Source: Dicyema japonicum (taxonomy: Eukaryota; Animalia; Dicyemida). Taken from it: DNA of 64,000 nucleotides. The stretch's first letter is position 1, and each line of letters opens with the position of its first letter. The notes beneath the pieces are model-generated. The model was not told the origin of the DNA. It searched no databases and saw only the letters and a program-made list of their open reading frames with translations. Both the position numbers and the translations under genes were made by a program. Of the stretch, positions 36,794-49,583 are shown in pieces. The DNA lies in NCBI GenBank assembly GCA_011109175.1, contig RDEW01000030.1, positions 614,094-678,093 on the forward strand. The letters run 5' to 3'.

Positions 36794-38003
36794 TCAATAT
36801 TTTCTAATATTTATTATTCCATTGGAGGAATATTCTTCAGAATTTTCCGGTGTGTACTCATAGTGGTGGTATGTATTTGGATCATCATCCTTATTTTTCA
36901 CAAAGTAGGTTGCGGGTCCAAACTTACCGACATCATCAATATCGGACCCCAAATAATAGTTCAGCACATTTTCTTTATCAAAATAATGTTCCCATTCATT
37001 TTCTACCACTTTCAAAAACTTTGCAGTGATCTTGTTATTTCCTATCGAATCGATTGTTAATCCCATTGGTAGTTCTGGTGAAAAAGAATCCGTGGGCTGG
37101 TCAGTTTTTCTACTTATTCCCTTCTGTGTGAAAATAAAAAACGGAGAAGATAATAGGCATACAAAAACTAGGTTTATGATATTAATGAAGTACTCAATAA
37201 AGAAGCGAGCTTTGACTTATTTTCTTTCATAAAGTTTTGGGGACATTTTGACGTTACTGGAATATTCCTAACTGTAGGCTTAAACGATGGTCTGTATCTA
37301 TCCTCTTGAACACTTTCAGTAAATTTACGCTAAATATAAAACTTGAGAGTGAATACTTTTGGTGCAGTAAACATTTCTTCCATTCTGGTAGTTGTAGTCG
37401 AAGATTTTGTTTGAACTTTTTCCGTGGTGAACCAATTATTAACTGAAATTTTAGTTACATGCTAATTTATCACATTTACAGGCTTACGGGTTTATTGTCA
37501 TCAAATTTTAGGGTTTCTTTTTTGTAACTTCCTTTTAATTTGACCTGAAATTTTGGTTTACGAGTGACACTCCTTTGACTTTTTGCTCTCAAGATCGATC
37601 TGTCGTGATCTTTGATGGAATTCAGTTTTTCCTCAAAATTCATTTCAGTAACTCGGCGTTGTGTTCTATAATATTCTTCAATACTTTTCCGTCGGTTGTC
37701 AACGGCCTCTTTAAAACTGACTCCATCACTTGGCTGTCTGATAACTCTTTTAACGGTATATAATGAAGATCCTTTGCTAAGTCTGTTAGCTTTGTCACGC
37801 GCCAGCTTTGCCTCCCGTCTTATTGGATGTTGAATACCCTCCATTTTATACTTCACATCACCGTAAACTTTTCCAGCTATGTGTTTTATACTTTTTGACA
37901 AAGATTTGGCAATAGTCCCTGTATCAAATAAGCTTAGATATGATTTTCCATCATCCATCTGACTTTGTTCTTTTTTGCTTGCTTTTGAATTTCTTCTGCG
38001 CAT
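36794..38003 (-). CDS. Orphan type II membrane protein, paralog B
   Basis: Basic N-terminal ORF 37476..38003, micro-introns, hydrophobic CMPIIFSVFIF, C-terminal domain with DVGKFGPATYFV. One junction is unresolved. Confidence 0.65.
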
Positions 38004-39599
38004 TTGGTGAGTCCGTAATGTTCGATTATCGTAAAACTCTTATAAATGTAATTTTTATATATCGTTGATTGGAAATAATTTTATTCTGTTTAAGACATAA
38101 GACAAAATTATCTGATTTTAAATAATTTTATTTATAATGCCTAAATATGGATTTTAAATATAAATAACAAATAAATAAATATGGATTAAAATAGAACATC
38201 GTGGTTGATACGTCAGAATTTCCGGATTAGTGTACCGAAATAATAAAGAAATCCAAATTGAACGGCCATCGAGTTGGGACAACATAATTTTGGAATAGGT
38301 GTTTCAAGAATTCAGTTTAGACTCGATGTTCTGAAGGCACTTAATGAAAATGAAGGACAGTGAGCATTTTAACTCTAAACTCTGTTGTATTGCTAATAAC
38401 GAAGAGCACATTATCTTAGAGGAAGATTTTCTATTATGAAAAGAAAACTTAATTCTGGCAATATAAAATTTTCGATTAATAATGTTTGAAAAAATAGTAT
38501 TAATTTTTTGAAATGATTAAAGTTGAAAGTTTTTTAAATTATCATTGAAGGTCACGCCACTTGACAGTTATATTGATCAAAAATTAACTCCAAGTCTTCC
38601 TGAACTTAATATCTGATGCCTGGCGAATTTTATTGGTTAGTGAACGATTTTTTAATTACGAATAATGCTACGGAAGACTTTGTAGAGTTTGCAAGCTCAG
38701 GAGAGGCATGGATTATCGATGCCTGATGAGGAGGAAGATGGCATGGAATCTCAACCTAGGGTAGTCTTTGAATGTGGGGTGTGCAGCGACGTGAACACAG
38801 CAATAGAGGTTGCCTCAAAAAGACAAGATTGAGTCGGACGGGCGTTATAAAATAATTTAAACAACAAAATGTGCAATTTTTTGATTGGAGCTGTCATAAA
38901 AATATAATATAGAGAACTATTGTCTTATAGTCTAGAACCTAGTGTTTACACTGTGGAGTGGATTTTTCTGGACACATAATTTAATTTTCTGGACACATAC
39001 TTTATTTAAGCAAAGAACAGCTATCATGACTAAATTCAACCGCATCCGCTAGCTTTCCAATTAGGGAGTTGATTAATGATCTCTAAATAAATGCCTAGTC
39101 AAAAACTCCTGGGCACGTTTCAGCTCCAGTAATACCAAATCAATCATCCGAGAGAGGTTTTTGTTTCAATATATTGTTCCAAAACTCAAGGCATTGACCA
39201 TCTCCAAATCAGTGTTCATTAACTGTACTACACAGGTTAGTCCACCTGAACGTCTTTTTTGATTCATAAATATGCAATTTCTTTTTCAGAATCTTGATTT
39301 TTCAGCAATCAAAGTAGAAATTCTAGCAATCTCACCTTTTTAGACTTCTTACATCCGAATGAACATAAGACATCCACCGTTTTTGTCCTCTACATTCTTT
39401 CGAATCGTGCTAGGGAAATTATTAACTAGAGAAAGATTTTTTTCTAATTTGGTAATTTTTCAAATGTACTTTCTACAAAATTAATATTTGCTTAGGGTCG
39501 TTTGGATATATTTTGACCACTTTGGCCTGCTCAAATATCATCCATATTCCTCGGCAGAAAAGACTTTAAATTCTCATTAATTACGATATTCATTACAAA

Positions 39600-39990
39600 A
39601 AGCAATTTTCTATCCAAAATTTTAAAAGGAATCTTCTTTATAAGGGGGACAATTGGTCACGAGATAGAGACTGTATTCTCCCAATTTGGAAGTTAATTCT
39701 TCCAGGCATTTTCTTAACACTAAAATTTGATAGTTCTGATACATCATAAGAATTATTCCTCCTAAGACTCTCCATTCAGGGCACAACGTGGTGCTCCTTT
39801 TTAGTTTTAACGGACACAAACAAGGTATGTCCCAGTCTGCCAGAGAGGAATGACTTCAACCATCTCTGAATGCATGGAGGAATACTCATTGTAAACAACG
39901 CTCCGGAAAGTCCTGTAGAAGACTTTAGAAATGTAACTGGAGGCCAGGACAGGGTGGAGTGGCGATTTATGATTTTTGAATCTATCCTCA
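39600..39990 (-). mobile_element. I/Jockey-like RT fragment
   Basis: IQRWLKSFLSGR plus a degenerate PQG region. Confidence 0.6.
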
Positions 39991-40336
39991 ATAAAGTCAG
40001 TTAACTTGGTTAGATGAGTAGACGTAGAATGCTTGACGCAGAAGCCGTGAGTTAGACAAGTTTAAGTGAGGGTATATATAATTGAACTGTATCCCTCGAG
40101 GATTCTTGATGCAGCACAGAGGAAGGAAATTGATTTAAAGGATCCTAAGTCATGCGGTTCCTTGCTAGGTCTGAGAGTTGGGATTATTGTCGATTGTTTC
40201 CAGAGCATAGGCACAAATCCTGAATTCAAAGACGCTTGGTCAATTATTAATGTCAGAAAATGATAGTTAAAGTGCTAACGACTCTAGCGCGATAACGAGT
40301 GTGGATCCCCACGTTAAATTATTCCAAAGCATGCTA

Positions 40337-40654
40337 ATAATAATAATAAAAGCCTTTTCACGAGAGCCATAGTATTTATAGCTCCGCATTGGCAGAACAC
40401 ACACTTTATTTAAGTAAAGAACAGATAATTTTAACTAATCGTACAACCAAGGAATGATCTTCACTTCTTTTTCTTGTGTGAGTGTCCTTTCTAGACAATC
40501 CAGTTCCGCAGTGAGTATCCACTGATGACGTCGTCACTCGTCAAAACCCTTTCTGCATCGTTGATGCGTGGAACCTTCCACCAGGTGAACAGCAGCGAGA
40601 TTCGAACCCGTAACCTAAGCCACTTAAGCCCGACACCTAACCACTATGCCACCT
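40337..40654 (-). mobile_element. SINE family A, 11-bp TSD
   Basis: TSD aaagcatgcta at 40326-40336 and 40655-40665. Confidence 0.9.
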
Positions 40655-40780
40655 AAAGCATGCTAGTATTCTATAATTTAACGTGTACATTTACAATAAA
40701 ATATTAAAATAAATAAATTAGAAATTAATGATTATTTACGAAAATAAAAAAGTGTTAGAAAATTATTTCATGACAACAAA

Positions 40781-43112
40781 CTATTCCCACTCAGTTGTAC
40801 CAGGTGGTTTACACGTAAGGTCAAGGATTACTCGACTGATTCCTTCAACCTTTTTGATTTCTTCACTCATTTCAAGCAATGCCTAATGTAAGAAATATCC
40901 TAACTTCAAAAAGAATATTTGATGGAATAGCAGCTTTTCCGGTCATAAAATCCCGGGTAATGAACGGGCGGATTACTATTGAATGGCGACTAGGCTGGTC
41001 GGGATTCTCAAAATCAATAGGCAATAGAATCACGGGACATTGAGAAATCTCTCCGAATACATTGAATTTATCCATGATCTGAAATTCGTTAGAATAACTA
41101 CTTTAGTCACAATAAAGTCGCAACATCTCAGCTTTTCCAGAATCGTCCTATTTATGTACGTAGGGAATACTTTTTCAATTTTTGATAATGCAGGCTTGTT
41201 TGAGTCTAACATCAAAGTCACCCTGAAGATAAAATTTCACCAAACCTGTTGACCCCATGACAAAGTTTAGGAATGAGTTTTGACAGGAAGGACAAGGCTG
41301 GCCAATCGACGTTCTTCAGATCTGAGACTTGCAGTACAATTGGATTCTTATAAGATCGCCCGTCTCCCTTATTTATAAATTGAATTGATAATACTTGCAC
41401 TCCCACAGAACGGACTGGAAGAATAAAGTGACTGCGAACAATCTTCGAGTACTCAGCAAGCAATTTTAATGATGGTTTCGACAGGAACTCGTTTATAGTC
41501 GAATACTCAGCCGAGACGTTATTGTGGTCATTCTACGAAAATTTATGACCCCAGTAAACGCTAAAATTCAAAATTGAATCTAGCATGACGACGTCGTGAG
41601 GTGAACAGATGTAAGGCTCACTGGCACAAATTATTCGAATAGACAAGCCGGGACCTGTTCAAATGATATGATATGTACCTGGAAAAGGATGTCTCCTAGC
41701 TGTGGTGCTAGGAATGTTTAAGAGTTCTGCAATTTTCACGACTTCATGTTTGTGTAGATCACATAAAGGTTCGATAATACGACCCTCAAGGATATTTATC
41801 AAATTTGAACCTCTTGTCTTAATTTTCGTATGGCTCCCGTATCATTGTGATGCGTTTTTATGGTGTCTGCCTCATAGGACACATCCCTTGAGGCACTTTC
41901 GATCAAGTCTGGTCTAAGAGTTCCCTGGCAGAGGAGGTACTCATTGTTATCCAATCCTTCAGAATCAAGGTATTCTTCAAAGACCTAAAGAAAACCAACA
42001 GTCTTTACTTTCCTGAACATATCTCCAATGATTTTACGTTTTTCTTCAGGGTCTGTGACGGAAACGAGTGGCCCTACTGTTTTTCCATTAATATTGGTGG
42101 TTCCGTTTAAAAAAACGTCAACACCATTGATAACTGAAAATATTAAGAAATAGCACCTTTGAGTTTGATTCCCAACTTTCTGATTCTGTTGGATATATCT
42201 TCGACCTCTTCATGACGCATAAATCCGTGATCCACAAATAATCCTTGAACTTTATCAGACCCAATCAAATCTTTAAGAAGGCATCCACAAACTGTAGAAT
42301 CCACTCCTCCACTCATGAAAACCTAAAAATAAGTTCTTTTTCTTACAATGACTCGTTTGTCTCCGATTTTGTCTTTGATTGACGTTTTTATGCTCTCCAA
42401 GGTATCAGGAAAACTCAGTGAGGGCTTCAATTTGCAAATATTGACCAAGAAATTATAAAAAATCGTAGATCCGCATGAAGATTCAAAAACCTCAGGATGA
42501 AACTGAACCCCGTATATTTTTTTTGATTTAAGGCTCACTCCTTAAGTTTAATTCATCAAATCTAACCAGCAACCGCAGTTTCCGAAGTGGCAATAACCGA
42601 CAAGGATGGGGCAACTTCTCCCAGAGAATCTCCGTGAGTTAACAGAACCTCTTGCTTAGTGTCCAATCCTCTAAAATGAAATCAATTTAGAAACTCAAAT
42701 AATTCACATGAAGGGTCCAAACTGATCTCGAATACGCCATCTTCTCTGCATCCCTTAGCCTCCACTGATCCCCCAAAAACTTGATTGATCATCTTGAAAA
42801 TAATGTTGCCCATAAACCTGTAGTCCGTAGCAAATTCCCAAAACTGGTATTTTTTGTTCAAAAATATCATCACAGCATTTTGGAGAATTTTCTTCAGTTA
42901 CAGATCCAGGGCCTCCGCTGATAATGATAGCACTAAAATTATCGAAATCCCCACCCGCAATCAAGGCTTTGAATTTTATCAAATGATGAATCTATTGGCA
43001 GCAGAATTGATTTCAAGCCGATGTCCCGAACACTGCTGTCAATCAGCTAAAAATAATTCATGAATTTCACCTTACTGTACTGAGCACCTGCGTCAAGAAT
43101 TGCAACTTTCAT
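40781..43112 (-). CDS. GMPS: GMP synthase (glutamine-hydrolysing), complete, 15 introns of 22-27 nt
   Basis: [74 protein letters not shown]. The spliced frame is open end to end. Confidence 0.97.
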
Positions 43113-45592
43113 TAAAAATTACGCACATAGTTGTTTTAATAGAATAGCGATAAAATTAACAGTTTATGTTAATTATCATTTAATTTAAATGAAATTTGTA
43201 TTTAATCCGATTAGAATCCAATTTTAATTTTCGCGTTGATCATATTCGATCAACAGTCAATCCCCTTAACGGAAGAAATGACCCGTAATCGCGGATACGG
43301 ATTTCTACGGGTCTGTGAGAAGATAGAAGTCCGTTTGGTCTGTCCTTTTCCAAGGCAAAAGAAAGTCGATTGGTTAAGAAGTTCCCTTCCCCATCGGATT
43401 TCTCTGCAGGGATGAGAAGACTCTTTCGTACGGTAGTGGGAACAATGGGAGACCAAAACGTTGGATAGCTCGATTGATTGCAGGAACTGGGATTACCGTT
43501 TTTGTTTTTCTTTCTCGGTGATTCCGAGGTTCTAAATAAATAATAATCAAAATAATCCAGCTGATAGGATGGACAAATTCCAGAAAAGTCCTTTGGAACA
43601 GCTATTCGAATTCCCTACTCTCATTAATCACTTTCGATATCATGGATCCAAGCGATCTTAGAAAAAAGACTGTCTGTCTACCACACCAAAGTTGACCGGT
43701 GTATGGGAGCCAATAGCTGCCGATCTCCTACAATTTACTGAGACCGGGGTTATTTAACTAATATATAATCTCAATTTAACTGCAATAATTTTAGGCAAAA
43801 CTATTAAATTCATGTTATTGCAGTATTCTGCGGTTAATTTTATCAAAATGCGATAATTTTATCAATCTTATCTCAGTTTCATCAGGAGAACTATGCTAGC
43901 TATTATTTTCCCTGCAGTTATAAAATGGAAGAGCGTGCAGTCAGGCTTCAGTCCCTTAACAAGCAATCTTTTTTCTTTTCTCATGGAAATAGAAATTACG
44001 TTTTAAAAGTGTCTTCTTGTTTTAGATAGGCCATGTAGGGCATCCATAACTGATCGTTGGTTATGTATTTTGTTTTTTATGTATTTGATGTGAGTTTATT
44101 GATGAGTTGAAGCGACTTCCATAGTGACCCAGAAGAACCTTTACAAAATTTAGTTTTTTTGAGAGTAAGATATAGTGTTCCTGACGTGTTTACTAAATGT
44201 CATGAGTGAGTCGAACATGACCCCCAAAATCTTTACACAATTAGAGGTGGGGATAGATATATTATTGTGGACTAGGTGCAGAGTTTGATAATCTTCTATC
44301 GGAGATAAAGTTGTGGAGGACTTTTCAGAGCTTGTCGATAATAAATCAAGTGCTCAGGCTGTTTAGTAAGTTTTGAAGTCGACCAGAGGCTGTCTCAACA
44401 CAATTTTCCTTTGATGTGACAATTACGTCGTCAATATATGCGAGAACTACTGTATCATTGCTGGTATTGGTTAGCTTTAGCTGAGTAAGAGGTTACGGAA
44501 CGTCCAAGTCAAAGATATTCCTGGTCAGAATTTTCCTTGGGACCTTGTCGAACGCTTTTTGAATGTTGACAGAGCATACCAGAGAACATTTTTGGATTTT
44601 GATCGTTTTGTATACCTCCTCTGATGAGAAATCAATTATCGAAACGTCTCTCTTTGATATGAGAGGTTGGAGTTTGGAACTTTTTGTGAGGGATGAAGTC
44701 GACGGAAACGTAGTATTTCATGTTCCTGTTCAGCTTGGTCTTCTCCATCAGGTCATCCGTGGAAATAGTCTGGTCGCTATTGGAAATCGTCAGAGAGTTT
44801 ACCACATTCTCGAGAAATTTTTCTGTTTGGATAAGGGACCCGTCAATCTATTCTAGTTGTCTCCTTTTTTCTTTAGAGTAGAATGTGATCAGCTTGACCA
44901 GGGCTCGGATTCTTTCTCTGGTTTCTTGAGACTGGGTCTGGAGTCCTTTTTAATGGCGAAGAATATTCTTTTGATATTTTTTCTCATCCCCTCCAGGACT
45001 ACTTTGTTGAAAAGTTGTACGGCGTTGTCGAAGGACCTGAAATTTTGATACTGAAGCCGGAGAACTTTCTCCACTCTACATTCTTGTAGTCCGTTTAAAG
45101 TGCGCCTCTTCTTACAATGGGCGCTTTTCCTGTTATCGTAATGAGTGTAGGGTTGTGATCACTATTCATATCGTAATGCACCGACCAATTGGCGAGTAAG
45201 GAAAGCGTAAGGTCTGGGAAGGACGTCCTGTTGTTGGATGTGTAAGGCGTTTTGGTATTGCATAGGGCAGTGGTTCCCAACCTTAAAGTGCTCGCGGAAC
45301 CCTTTTAGGCTAATATATTTTTTGCTGAACCCTTCCAATTTAATTATAACAATTTTCACTTCAAACATAATCGTAATAACCAAAAACAATTTTAATGTGA
45401 ACATTGAGAAAACTTTTTATTATAGCATAGTTGTGTAACGTTAGGAGTTACTGATGACAACTGTATCCTCATATCAGCGGAAGCATTGAGTTTATTTCTA
45501 TATTTTGTTTTGGTAGATGTATATATTGAAAACCCCGACTCGCATAAGTAAGTCGTTGGAAAAAATAGTAGTTTACTTATAGCCTTTTCTGA

Positions 45593-45921
45593 TTAGCCGC
45601 GTGGCGCCATGTGGTGTTGCGTGGTTAATTGGTTGAAGTTTTCTGCTTTCTTGTATGTTCCTCCTGTCTCTTCCCATTAGAGTGGCATCATGTGATCCAC
45701 CTGTCTAGGTGACGCCCAGTGCCAGGCCGGCACGAAAAAGGATCATTTGCTCTCCCCCACTCCACTGGAGGAGTTTCCACAACTGCATGTAATGGACGTC
45801 TTACCTTTTATGCTGATTCCGGATGGACTTCATTTCTGTAGAAGTGGAAACTGGATACACTTAATTAGTTGTTTACTTTAACTTCTTTCTCGTGTATCCG
45901 GGGTTAATAAATAAATAATAA
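45593..45921 (+). mobile_element. SINE-like family B, copy B2 (tail B), 14-bp TSD
   Basis: TSD atagccttttctga (45579-45592) and atagctttttctga (45922-45935). Confidence 0.85.
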
Positions 45922-46660
45922 ATAGCTTTTTCTGAGATTTCATGATATTTGAAATGTATGCTCTCCAAGAATTAAAAAGGGATTCTTTATATATCTGATT
46001 TGACGTTGATTCTGATGTCAATAAGATGTCCACATTCAATTGATGTTAGATTTGCTGGTATTACTTTAACTTTGAATGGATTTTGAACCCAACCGTCATC
46101 AAATTTATCCGGAAATATTTTCTCAATGTTATCATCCAAAATTACAAATGATTCCTTAATTTCCTTGAGTACTGTGTCGTCCAATGAGCATTTTGATTCA
46201 TAAATTTATTCAATTTTTCATAAATTGAAACAAAATGTGCAAATCTCTGTAAACAAAGGTTGTTTTCCAAATTTTTGTAAATTGGAAAATTTCATTTCTT
46301 GAGAAACACAACAAGTAGTTTCGAATCCGAACAAACGTTGCAATACTCTTCCACGTGACAACCATCTTACTTCTGTATGGGTGATCTCTTTTTTAACGTG
46401 GTTTTATAAGATTTTCGGCAATTATATGCGGCTCTCCACAACGTGCTACAAGATAACACGCCTGTTTAATTAAATAATTCTATACTTCATAAGATGCTCT
46501 GGTCCATTTTAAGTTGTCGTCTGCTTGTAGATGCATTCAATTTGTTTTGAAAAAAGGAAATATCTTTATTTTTTAAATGAAGATGCTTCATCAATAAATG
46601 TTTGATAGTTTGGAAGGAACAAGAGATTCGTTAGGCATTTTATGATGGCATATTATACAT

Positions 46661-47034
46661 TCTTTTTCTTGTGTGAGTGTCCTTTTTAGACAATCCAGTT
46701 CCGCAGAGAGTATCCATTGATGACGGCGTCACTCGTCATACCCTTTCTGCATTGTAAATGCGTGGAACCTTCCACCAAATGAGCAGCAGCGAGATTCGGA
46801 CCCGTAACCTAAGCCACTTAAGCCCGACACCTAACCACTAAGCCACCCGGCATAGTGGTTACGATGCAGAAAGGGTTTGACGAGTGACGCCGTCATCAGT
46901 GGATTACTCACTGCGGAACTGGATTGTCTAGAAAGGACCCACACACAAGAAAAAAAGAAGTGAAGATCATTCCTTGGTTCTACGATTAGTTAAAATTAAC
47001 TGTTCTTTACTTAAATAAAGTGTGTGTCCTGCCT
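46661..47034. repeat. Head-to-head inverted pair of partial SINE A copies
   Basis: Minus-strand 5' half at 46661-46850 abuts a plus-strand internally deleted copy at 46851-47034. Confidence 0.88.
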
Positions 47035-47129
47035 GAGAGGTAGCTTTCATCATATTTCTTTAGTAAAATTATAATCATAAAAAACCTTTTGTGAATATTT
47101 TTAAAAATCTCTTATGCAATTATTGTTTC

Positions 47130-47362
47130 TCATTATTATTTATTAACCCCGGAAAGAAGTTAAAGTAAACAACTAATTAAGTGTATCCAGTTTCCACTTC
47201 TACTGAAACAGAGTCCATCCGGAATCAACATAAAGGAAAAAGACGTCTATACTTGCAGTTTTGGAAACCCCTCCAGTGGAGTGGGGTGAGTAATTGATCC
47301 TTTTTCGTGCCGGCCGGGCACTGGGCGCCACCTAGACAGGTGGATCACATGACGCTACTCTG
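47130..47362 (-). mobile_element. SINE-like family B, copy B3 (tail B, 5'-truncated)
   Basis: Reverse complement of 45680-45921, roughly 85-90% similar by eye. Confidence 0.85.
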
Positions 47363-47949
47363 CGGAACCCTGGGGTTTCCCGGAACCCAGGTTGGGAAAC
47401 CACTGGTATAGGGGGTTGTTCAAGGTGACTAGGTTTTCCAGAGTGAATAGCAATTGGTTTCCCCTGGTATCTCCCGACTGATTTTTAAACCACGCTGGGT
47501 CCTTTGCATTAAGATCGCCACAAAGCAATAAGTCGTGAAATCTACGACGTCCACCTCAAAAGAACGCTTCACAACTCCGTTGCTGCCTCGGGTACAGGCC
47601 TCTGCTGAAACGGTAAAAAGCGGGTGAAGTCCTTTGCAGTCCACAACAGATCCATAACGGAAAATTCAAGTGAAGGCAGCAAACCTACTAAGGAAATCTT
47701 CCCGTGTGGAAATCCTGCCCAGAAACTTTGAAAATATGATGGAGGCGACTAGTACAGTGCCCCTGCAAAGGACTCGAGTATGCAGACCCCCTCCATATCG
47801 GAAATCCGTAGGAACTCAGTCGGAATATCGAGAAAAGATGCGAAGACTGTTGAAGGAAGGCTGGAATCACCTGAATTTTGTTTATTTTGGATATGACGGT
47901 GGTTTTCTGGTTCAATGATAATAATAATAACGGATAGATGAGGTTGGCA

Positions 47950-48930
47950 AAGGTCGATCCCATTCCGGAGGGCGTCCTGTTCCAGAAGGGAGCCAATTGG
48001 CGCTGATGGGAATGGGTTCAGCCAAGCATTGCTGTGTAGGGAAAAGGCTGCCAGAATCCCAGCCCTACGGTGCAAGTCTTCCGTTTCTATAAGGGTCGAA
48101 TAAATATTTTTGTACAGAATGTTAATCCAGTTCCTCAGTAGGTGTGCATCAAGAGGGGTTTTTCCGAAAGCTACCGACCAGCTCTTCAACCCATGAGCAA
48201 TTTGCAGAAATCTGGAAGAATGGTCAGTATGAGAGAAACGCGTTGCACGATAAAGAAGACATGAATGATGGTAAGGAAATGTCCACAACAAAAGTCAGGC
48301 CGATGACCCCAAATCTGATAAGTAAGAAAGCTGCTTCAATCCAATATTGTCGAAATTTATATTCACAATCTCTTCAATATTCTTGGAGATAAGAATGTTG
48401 AAATTCTCCAGGCTTTCCGGAAAACAGGTAGCAAAAAGAGGAACGTGCCAAAACATTAACCTTGAAGGAAAAGATAATTTTTAAGAGGAAAAAATGCAGA
48501 TGTAAATCAAGTTCATGCAGATTAACGGCGGCTCTCCGAAAGTTTTTTTATTAAAAATATGAGGGATAATCTCTTTGGAAACGAGGGAGCCCAATAGAAT
48601 GAGGTGTTCCACATCGGTAATAACAGCATAAGAATGGAAGAAGAATTCCAAGACTTTTCATAACCGCCTTGGAATATTCTCCGATCATAGTATCGTCCGT
48701 CTTGGAAAATACAAACAATTGAAAGCCGTCACACACTAACGAGCAGCCTCATCCCCTGCCAAAGCAGAGAGAAGCGGACCAAGAGGATCAGCTTGTTGGA
48801 TCTCAGTCGATGATTAAATGAGATCATCACCAATAACGAGATGTGTTGGAGTACCGTATGCGAGGTTCGTATGTGGATAATTCTTGGGGCTCTCCTCAAA
48901 ACGGTTTCCAGAAGATGGTCCCTCCTCATT
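47950..48930 (-). mobile_element. CRE-clade retrotransposon internal fragment
   Basis: HSNAWLNPFPSAPIGSLLEQDALRNGI matches the CRE AWL.A.P..SLG.LLD motif. Confidence 0.7.
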
Positions 48931-49039
48931 GAATTGAAAACAAAAAATCGAATATGCTCTCATTTACATAGATTTTACTTTTTATTTGGTGAATTCCAGT
49001 TTCTCTGAATTTGAGAGAATTTTATTTTACTTCACTAAG

Positions 49040-49370
49040 CTTCACGGGGCATATAGTTTATTTATCCCAGTCTTAGTGCTTAGAATGGAGATAAACGTCC
49101 CTGCAAATATAATAATGGACAGTTACTTTAACAATGAGAACAAACCATCGTTCAGAGGAAGACCCAGAGTCACTCTGCCCGTGGCTCTGAACAAGGATCT
49201 TAATGGAATTGCAAGAAAACCTAAATCTGCAGAAGACCTAAAAGATCTAAGGACAGATGCGCAAAGCAGAGGGTGATGGAGACGCCTAGTGAAGCAGATT
49301 TTGAAATTGTGGCACAAACGGGACCTTAATTAACATAACGTATGAAAATGCTTTTAATAATAATAATCCC
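49040..49370 (+). mobile_element. 3' end of RTE-like LINE
   Basis: RGRPRVTLPVALNKDL...DLKDLR; ends taataataat. Confidence 0.75.
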
Positions 49371-49583
49371 AGTCTTTTTAAGTGAAGGAAAATAATGCTT
49401 AAGAAAATGTAGCAGTCGAAAGCGGACGCTCCCAGAGATTAGTCAATTTGATAGGGTCCGGACAAGATATGACCCGTTTATGATCTGCCTGTTCCCAATA
49501 TGCACACGTGCTGTTCAACCGCTTAAGTAACAAATTAGATCTCTAGTTTAAAACCAAATTCTAAGAATGAATTAGTAACCTAA

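Larger units (their letters stand above)
45268..47405 (-). mobile_element. hAT Buster/Charlie-type transposon, non-autonomous, with nested SINEs
   Basis: TIR cagtggttcccaacct / aggttgggaaaccactg; 8-bp TSD gcataggg / gtataggg with central TA; transposase relic WVQNPF...LIDI. Confidence 0.9.
44160..47930 (-). mobile_element. I/Jockey-like LINE (APE plus RT) interrupted by a hAT
   Basis: GDLNAKDPAW at about 47500, PDLT...NSDH at about 45150-45230, KAFDKV at about 44550. Confidence 0.75.

Noticed and set aside
38180-38850. Possible additional plus-strand gene
   Set aside because: I could not build an open spliced frame or find a recognisable motif.
44611-44660. CTGATGA...GAAACGTC hammerhead-like core
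   Set aside because: Stem II is weak, stem I cannot form, and the site lies in antisense RT coding relic.
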